Assembly (NCBI GenBank): GCA_965153455.1
Contig: OZ234493.1
Location: forward strand, 6,996,213-7,060,212
Source of the DNA: Sphagnum compactum
Taxonomy: Eukaryota
Direction: 5' to 3'
DNA length: 64,000 nucleotides
Below are positions 59,719 through 64,000 of the stretch, piece by piece. Position 1 is the first letter of the stretch. Each line of letters starts with the position of its first letter. The translations under genes were made by a program, and so were the position numbers. The notes under the pieces were generated by a model. The model was given only the letters and a program-made list of their open reading frames with translations, did no database searches and was not told the DNA's origin.

Positions 59719-62700
59719 TATAATGTGTATTTTTTTTCATTTCACTAGTTGTTGATATTTGTCATTGTATAAATCTCAAAAGGTTGAATCTTGTTGTCCA
59801 TCACCTTGGGGTTGAAAGGTCACATACTTGTAACCTTGAATTTAGACCTGATGTTTTTTCTTGTGAATGATTGCTTTAAAGTTTGGTTTACCCATCTAGT
59901 TAGGTGATTTTATTTAGTTCCCATGCATCATGTCTAACCTAAACTCTTGTGCTTATTTTATTGTTTCTAATGTGACTTAATCACCATGCCCATCTAGAAT
60001 TAACAAATGTTAATTAGCAAAAGAAATTCCATTTTAAACATACTTCTTGAACAAAAACAAAAATTCTTTGAATAGGAAATAAGTCATCCAGACTTTCTTT
60101 TGCATTAACATGTAGTTCCCTAGTTTATATAGTTTGATGGAAGTGTTCCACAATCTTTCATTTCTAAAAGTGTAGGACTTTGATCAAAACAACCCCTATG
60201 GGTGCAAACGAGATAACACAAGCCACGTTTGCTTGTTTTTTTACTACTTTTGTGACTACTTTATGAGAAATATTCTTAAAATATTCTTGGAATATTATTG
60301 AAAAAAATTTGAAAAAATCCTTTTAAACTTTTTCTTCAAAATATTTTATTAAGGTTCATGTTAAAAATTTGGCAAAAAATGTCATTTTCAAAAAAATTCA
60401 ATCTATTTACAAGTCCTTTTACTGCTTAAAAGCAAACATTACGATGCTTAATGAATGTTTTTGTTATTTTTTTACTCATTGGATTAATTTCAAATTAATT
60501 CACATGTTTTCATCATATATTAAGAATATAAGTATATAAACAAACCTTACAATTTCAACATAAAATTAGATTACAACTTTAAAACATGAAAAAACCAAGC
60601 AAGCATTACACTTGCCATGGTACATGTTATTGTGACCGCACCCCTATTATGTTTGCTGCAAAGTTTATAATTAACAATTCTCAAAACTTGGGGACAGTGT
60701 TATAAATTTCTTTTGATATTCTTCTAGCCAAAACCCTTGTTTTTTATTGTTTTCATGTTCAAATCCTTGTTTCATATGAATTCCATACAAGATTTACATT
60801 TTAATTGTGTTGAATATACAATGATTGCAAGTTGTTGTATAATGAATCATGGGAATTGGGTGGAAACCCCTATGTTTTGTAAGCTTCAAGTCCTTCCATT
60901 TGTCAAATTTTCACTTTCAAATGTTCACACTTGAACCAATACCACTAATTATTTTTTATATACCTTTCTGAAAGTGTGTAGCCATTATTTATATCAACTT
61001 GCAACCTTCATCTTTAATTGTTAACAATTGTAGACTTATGGACAATTTGCATTCTTGCATACGAAGGTCCATGCTATCATTATTGCATCCTTTTCATCTA
61101 TTAACACCCCTCTTGGCCTCAGTTTCCTCGATATCACCTTGTCATTCAAGTGATTAGAAAATCAATTCAAGGGTGCAATAACATGCTAGCCTTCTTTATG
61201 GATCATGTTCTTTTATCAACATCCACTATTTTTCTAATGTTTTCATCTATCCACGTGTTTTTCCTACTACTGAAATCAATTGAGCTATTGTGTGTCTAGT
61301 ATGTGATATAGGAATAAGGAGCACTTTTTCTTTTTTGGTTATTGGGTGGTTCAACATGTTACTTTGTTGCTGTCAATGTACAATCATGTTCATGATTCTT
61401 GGTGTCTTCTTGGTCTTAGCCTTCAACAAGTCAACAATATGTTTTTGATCCAAATATTTTTTAAAAATTCTTATGTAAAACACAAAAATACCAAAAGTTC
61501 AACGATTAGTTTGGAACTGTTGTTAATGCATGTTCCTTTAATGTTACAATGGAATAGATAAAAATATAAAAGTTTGTAACGTCCTTTAACACTACATCAA
61601 CACCTTTGTTGCAAGATGTTGAAAGAAATTGGTATGAGTAATTGATCTTTGTTCTCTTGTAATTCCTTGATTTAACATTTTGAACTATAGATTATTGAAT
61701 CTAGTGGTAACATAATTATTTATGAACCTTTGGTTATAAATCTTACTTTTTTTTAATGGTTTCATCTCATGACCCCTCTTTAACATGCTTTATTTTCATT
61801 TTGAGAACTTTTTTTGCACATTTTTTTTCAAACTTGGTTGTTATTCTTACACATGTTTTGCTTTCACCATGAATTGTTTTTTCTACACATCTATTCTTAA
61901 GCATAATTTTTTTCTTTTTTATATTATCTATTTTACTTTTAGATTTGAATTATGACTTGCTACAATATTTTTGGACCTCGCATCACCAAGAACTACTAGC
62001 TTTTAAAGAAACATTGGAGTTCTTCGTCTACACTAACTAATAAGGAGGACATACTCAAAAGATAATTGAAAATAAAATAGGGCTTTTTAATTTTAACTTT
62101 GCTTAAATAACTTGCTTTTTTGTTGGTTTTTTTGGCAAGAATGCAAAGTGCACAAGAGTAATAGGAATTTTCAAGGTTTCCCCTTTGGAGGGTTTATAAT
62201 TGCGTTTGGATTTCTCATGGTGATCTTTGTGCATTATATTCTTGTTAGGTTAAGGGTTTATTTATGAGTAGTTGCATACTCTTTAATGTTACAAATTGAC
62301 CCCCATAACCAATGGTTATATTTGTTTGTATGATGTTATTATGTGAAAACAAGTTCAACCCAATTCCTAAACCAAACATTGCATTTGCCAAGATTGCTTG
62401 GAATTTTTTTTAAATGTCACAAAACACACCCATGTAACCATATGCTCAAATTAAAAACACAATTTTCTCCACCATTTATTTTTTCAATTATATGCATTAA
62501 AATGTGTTTGGTCATCTCCCATCACCAAACATAACCAAACATAAGGCTAGGTCATTTTTAAAATATTGGCCTTTGCTCACCCCCATAACCACACAAAAAG
62601 TCACATTTTGTTCGAATGTTGCAAAAGAACAAATTTTTTTAAAAAAAAAGATCAATTGTTTAGTCATACAAACTATTTTCAACACTAGAATTAAATGTGT

Positions 62701-64000
62701 ATGACCATTCATCGACGATGGTCTGCATTAATTTAACATGTGGTTATCAGTTTATGTTTCATGAAAGGCATGTTTATTTTAATAGTTCTAAATTACAAAC
62801 TATAGCCTAATTGTTTTTATTTATTTCATAAAATTTGGTAGGTAAGCCCGAGTCTACATGCTGTAACAGGCCATTTACCTAATCTTAGCTCCTAATTAGG
62901 CTCAAGGTAACTAGGGTAGATAAGTTGGTGGCAAACACTTAAGTGCTAGAAGAGTTGGCATCTGCTCTCCCATCACTTTCAACCTTGGAGCTCAATATCC
63001 CACTTCAGTGTGAAAACATCCTCCCAAGTGCAATTAATGTGTACCCTATTATCAAACATGCCAAACTTATGAAAGTGGAAAGAAAATTGCATCACCAAAT
63101 AGAAGCAAGACCCTTGATGTTCACAATTTTGTTTCAGTTTTTACACCCCCACACCCGTGACCAATCTTTATGGGACAACCCCCAATAACCTTTTTGACGT
63201 GTGTGTAGGGAAAAACCCCTCATCAAAGGGTGTCCCCACCCCTTATCATTTTTGTAAAAAAATTACAAACTCATTCCCAACGCCAATCATGGGGGACACA
63301 TTCCAAACATTATCAAACACTATTAGGCAAGTGGCTAAACACAAAATATCCATCCCTAAACTTTGAAGGAAAAAAAGTTGTCCATTAATTTGTTTGAATT
63401 TAAGGATGATTCTAAATTGCTACCCACTTGCCAACAATTCACCATATGTGACCTTAAACAATGTCCAACATTTTTTGTGGATAAGTATGGATGAAAGCAG
63501 GAACTTTAATTTAGGTGTGTGGCAGATGATGCCAAAGCTGTTGTGCTTCAAGAACGCCAAAAGTCCAATTACTTGTTTTCTATTTTTGGCTTTGTTTTGT
63601 TGTTTTGTAGGTTATTGTGTTTAATGTTGTTTTTCAATGGAACGACTTTGGTGAGCTAGTTTCGGTGATGGAGCGGAATCCTTGCTGCTCAATTGACAAT
63701 CTTGACGAGGAATGTGAGTCACGATTCTTGGAAATGATTGGTGCTGAGCTTTCAAAGGAACAGAAGGATGTGGACGAAAAAAATCTACATGAAGCTGGCT
63801 GAAGAGGAGGAAGGCAGGCAATTTTCTTTTGGGAGTGTGGGAGAAACTAAGTTCCAATTCTTTTACTTATGAAGTGTGGAATTTGTTTGGATTTTTAGAA
63901 TAATCAGTTGGGGACGAAAGTCCCTCTGGACTTCTTCTTCTCTTGAACTTGGCGCTTGATTTTCCATTGTGCCATGAGTGTCAGGAAGGGAGTAGGAGGT

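Noticed and set aside
62840-64000. Short ORFs at the right edge
   Set aside because: No recognisable domain and truncated by the window end.

Overview
AT-rich, repeat-dense plant nuclear DNA. GT-AG introns, plastid transit peptides and TTTAGGG repeats point to a land plant; the repeat families look bryophyte-like, possibly Sphagnum, which is my inference only. There are three intact genes: an intronless glucose-6-phosphate 1-epimerase-like gene (34056-35027 +), a two-exon plastid thioredoxin m (43676-45323 +) and a two-exon secreted SOUL/heme-binding protein (56459-54728 -). A seven-exon plastid NDPK2-like gene (about 46119-48009 +) is a frameshifted, unprocessed pseudogene. The rest is mostly decayed Gypsy, hAT and Helitron material, solo LTRs and tandem repeats. 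The most notable hidden item is at about 1756-3750 on the minus strand: a spliced, bacterial-type beta-class DNA amino-methyltransferase (N6-adenine/N4-cytosine family) gene. The ORF track splits it into three unrelated-looking pieces. It becomes continuous once three introns and a 738-bp solo LTR with a perfect 5-bp target-site duplication are removed. All protein family calls are motif recognition by eye; no database search was run.
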